Source of the DNA: an uncultured Ignavibacteriaceae bacterium
GTDB taxonomy: Bacteria; Bacteroidota; Ignavibacteria; UBA10030; BY39
DNA length: 64,000 nucleotides
Direction of reading: 5' to 3'
Assembly: GCA_964437735.1 (NCBI GenBank)
Contig: CAYTID010000001.1
Location: 8,169 to 72,168 of the forward strand
Both the position numbers and the translations under genes were made by a program. Positions 61,988 to 64,000 of this stretch are shown here, piece by piece (the stretch's first letter is position 1; each line of letters starts with the position of its first letter). The notes under the pieces were generated by a model. It did not search any database and was not told the DNA's origin. It saw nothing but the letters and a program-made list of their open reading frames with translations.

Positions 61988-63436
61988 TTGAAAAAAATTG
62001 TTCTCATCGAACCATCGGCTTCTGGATTTCATATATATTCCAGATATTTATTACCAAGACTCGGACTTCCGATTTTTGGTGCAATGTTAAAAAAGCGTGG
62101 TTATGATGTAACAATCTTTCATCAGGATACTACTCCGCTTGATTGGGAAACAATTTTAACTGCTGATCTTATCGGTATTTCATCTATTACAAGCACTGTT
62201 AACGAAGCTTACAAAATTATATCCAAAATAAAAATTAATAATCCCTCTATTCCTATAATTATCGGTGGACCTCATGTTACTTTTTTTCCCGAAGAAGCAA
62301 TTGAACATGGTTCCGATTTTGTCGTCCGGGGTGAGGGCGATTATACATTTCCACAATTATTAAATTGGCTTGAAGAGGACAATACAGACATCCGCGCTAT
62401 CGATGGCATTTCTTATAAGATCGGAAACAAAATATTCCACAATAAAGAGGGGGATATTTTTAACGACTTAGATTCACTCCCATTCCCCGATTTTACTTTA
62501 ATTCGGAAGCATGAAAGACTCGCAAATATTGCGCTGCAAACATCCCGCGGTTGTCCGTTCGACTGTAAATTTTGTTCCGTTATAAAAATGTTCGGTCGCC
62601 ATTGCAGATTCCATACAATAGATTATACAATTGAAGAAATTCGTTACCAAAAAAATGTAATGGGTAAAATTCCCGTATTTTTTTACGACGATAATTTTTG
62701 TATAAAACCTGACCAAACCAAGCTCCTTTTAGAAAAAATACTAAAAGAAAAATTAGACATTACATGGAGCGCTCAGGTAAGAATTGAAGTCGGTTACGAT
62801 AAAGAATTACTCCAACTTATGAAAAAAACCGGATGCAAATGGTTATATATCGGCTTTGAATCTATTAACAAAGATACTATGGCTTTCTATCATAAACATC
62901 AGAATATTGCCCGCTATGGTGAAGCAATTAGAAATTTTCACAAACACAACATACGCATACACGGTATGTTTGTCCTCGGCGCAGATACGGACGACATCAA
63001 CACTGCAAAACAAACGGCAGATTTTTCACTAAAACATAAATTAGATACGGTACAATTTATGATTCTCACCCCTTTACCGGGAACAGAGACATTCAATGAA
63101 TTGAAAAAGGAAAACCGAATAATAAATTACGATTGGAGTCTCTACGATGCTCATCACGTAGTTTACCAGCCGAAACAAATGACCCCTTTTCAACTTCAGG
63201 TAACATCCATGCTTGAAGCCATGCCTAAGTTTTACTCGAGGTTACAATCATATAAGCGGGGATTAATCAGTATCCTTTCAATCTCCATCTTCCATCCTTC
63301 ATGGAAGATAAAATTCCAAAATTTTGTTTTGACAACCTATGCCCGCCGTCTTCTGAAGAAATGGAAAAAAGCAAATGCAGAATGGCTCAATATTTTAAAA
63401 ATCAGGGATAATATCTACTCACGCAAGAAATCTTAA
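61988..63436 (+). CDS. B12-binding domain-containing radical SAM protein (class B rSAM), function unknown
   Basis: N-terminal cobalamin-binding Rossmann-like domain. CPFDCKFC (Cx3Cx2C) radical SAM cluster motif. 482 aa. Confidence 0.75.
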   Translation: MKKIVLIEPSASGFHIYSRYLLPRLGLPIFGAMLKKRGYDVTIFHQDTTPLDWETILTADLIGISSITSTVNEAYKIISKIKINNPSIPIIIGGPHVTFFPEEAIEHGSDFVVRGEGDYTFPQLLNWLEEDNTDIRAIDGISYKIGNKIFHNKEGDIFNDLDSLPFPDFTLIRKHERLANIALQTSRGCPFDCKFCSVIKMFGRHCRFHTIDYTIEEIRYQKNVMGKIPVFFYDDNFCIKPDQTKLLLEKILKEKLDITWSAQVRIEVGYDKELLQLMKKTGCKWLYIGFESINKDTMAFYHKHQNIARYGEAIRNFHKHNIRIHGMFVLGADTDDINTAKQTADFSLKHKLDTVQFMILTPLPGTETFNELKKENRIINYDWSLYDAHHVVYQPKQMTPFQLQVTSMLEAMPKFYSRLQSYKRGLISILSISIFHPSWKIKFQNFVLTTYARRLLKKWKKANAEWLNILKIRDNIYSRKKS

Positions 63437-63532
63437 AATTCATACAAAAATTGATTTTAACACCAAATTTGCTTTTATTTGTTAAAAATTCGTATAAATT
63501 CAGTGAAGAGCGCAGCAAAAATAACCCCCTTA

Positions 63533-64000
63533 ATGAAACAATACCAACAGATTAAGATGAAGTATCCCGAAACCATCTTACTGTTTCGCATGGGTGATTT
63601 TTATGAAACCTTCGATGAAGATGCGAAGACTGCTTCCAAAATTTTAGGAATTACACTTACAAAAAGAGGGAACGGTTCATCAGGAGAAACCCCATTAGCC
63701 GGTTTTCCGCATCATGCACTGGATACTTATCTCCCAAAACTTCTCCGTGCAGGACAACGAGTGGCGATATGTGAACAGCTTGAAGATCCGAAATTTGCAA
63801 AAGGGATTGTCAAACGCGATGTAATAGAGGTAGTGACACCGGGGATTTCTTTTTCCGATAAAATCCTTGACGTAAAACAAAATAATTATCTTGCTTCTAT
63901 TTATCTTCCTTCTCCCCTTGCAACCGGTAATGATTTAGTCGGATTCGCTTTCGTCGATGTCTCAACAGCAGAATTCGGTGTTACCGAATTCCCGCTGAAA
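63533..64000 (+). CDS. mutS: DNA mismatch repair protein MutS, N-terminal part (runs off the window)
   Basis: [31 protein letters not shown]...[15 protein letters not shown] matches the MutS mismatch-recognition domain I. Confidence 0.85.
   Translation, partial: MKQYQQIKMKYPETILLFRMGDFYETFDEDAKTASKILGITLTKRGNGSSGETPLAGFPHHALDTYLPKLLRAGQRVAICEQLEDPKFAKGIVKRDVIEVVTPGISFSDKILDVKQNNYLASIYLPSPLATGNDLVGFAFVDVSTAEFGVTEFPLK

Noticed and set aside
1-64000. Looked for CRISPR arrays, integrase or transposase genes, and rRNA.
   Set aside because: Beyond the tRNA-associated repeats, there is no regularly spaced direct-repeat array. No recombinase or transposase motif was recognised in any ORF. There is no rRNA-like segment. 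The tRNA-Ser locus is therefore reported only as a possible scar, not as an intact mobile element.

Overview
This is a low-GC (about 35%, judged by eye) bacterial chromosomal segment, densely coded and almost entirely on the minus strand. Several gene products carry type IX secretion (T9SS) C-terminal sorting tails of the form ...YFYRL.AG.F..KK..L.K. Together with the Bacteroidota-style gene content this suggests an FCB-group organism (Bacteroidota/Ignavibacteriota-like); that is inference from the sequence only.

Most of the window is housekeeping: nadA; a gltX-glnS-folB-folK-dNK operon; pccB-like; mnmA; mtgA; ruvX; relA/spoT; upp; der; ettA; miaA; pcm; cdaA; folP; trxB; queG; metH; msrA; and the start of mutS.

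Two tRNA genes are present and both have unusual flanks. tRNA-Ser(GCU) has a partial copy of its 5' end plus upstream flank about 270 bp away, next to a RelE/ParE-like toxin-antitoxin pair. tRNA-Pro(CGG) is followed by two tandem, roughly 88-bp GC-rich hairpin-rich repeats. Each repeat carries fragments of the tRNA 3' half, and the unit ends in an intrinsic terminator.

The one clearly accessory block is an approximately 11.3-kb six-gene minus-strand operon at 13.4-24.8 kb. It encodes an NHL-repeat lipoprotein, a FadL/PorV-like outer-membrane barrel, a TonB-dependent receptor, a large lipoprotein and two unknown T9SS-tailed proteins. The TonB-dependent receptor is split by a 1-nt frameshift in a T4/A4 run.

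Other oddities are a thioredoxin-fold protein lacking the CxxC cysteines next to an exported MsrA, and a truncated lipocalin remnant. An A12 tract and a G10 tract each lie inside an essential-looking CDS. A PPi-type phosphofructokinase sits next to a B12-binding radical SAM gene.

No CRISPR array, integrase or transposase was recognised. Coordinates of RNA genes and hairpins were read by hand and may be off by 1-3 nt.
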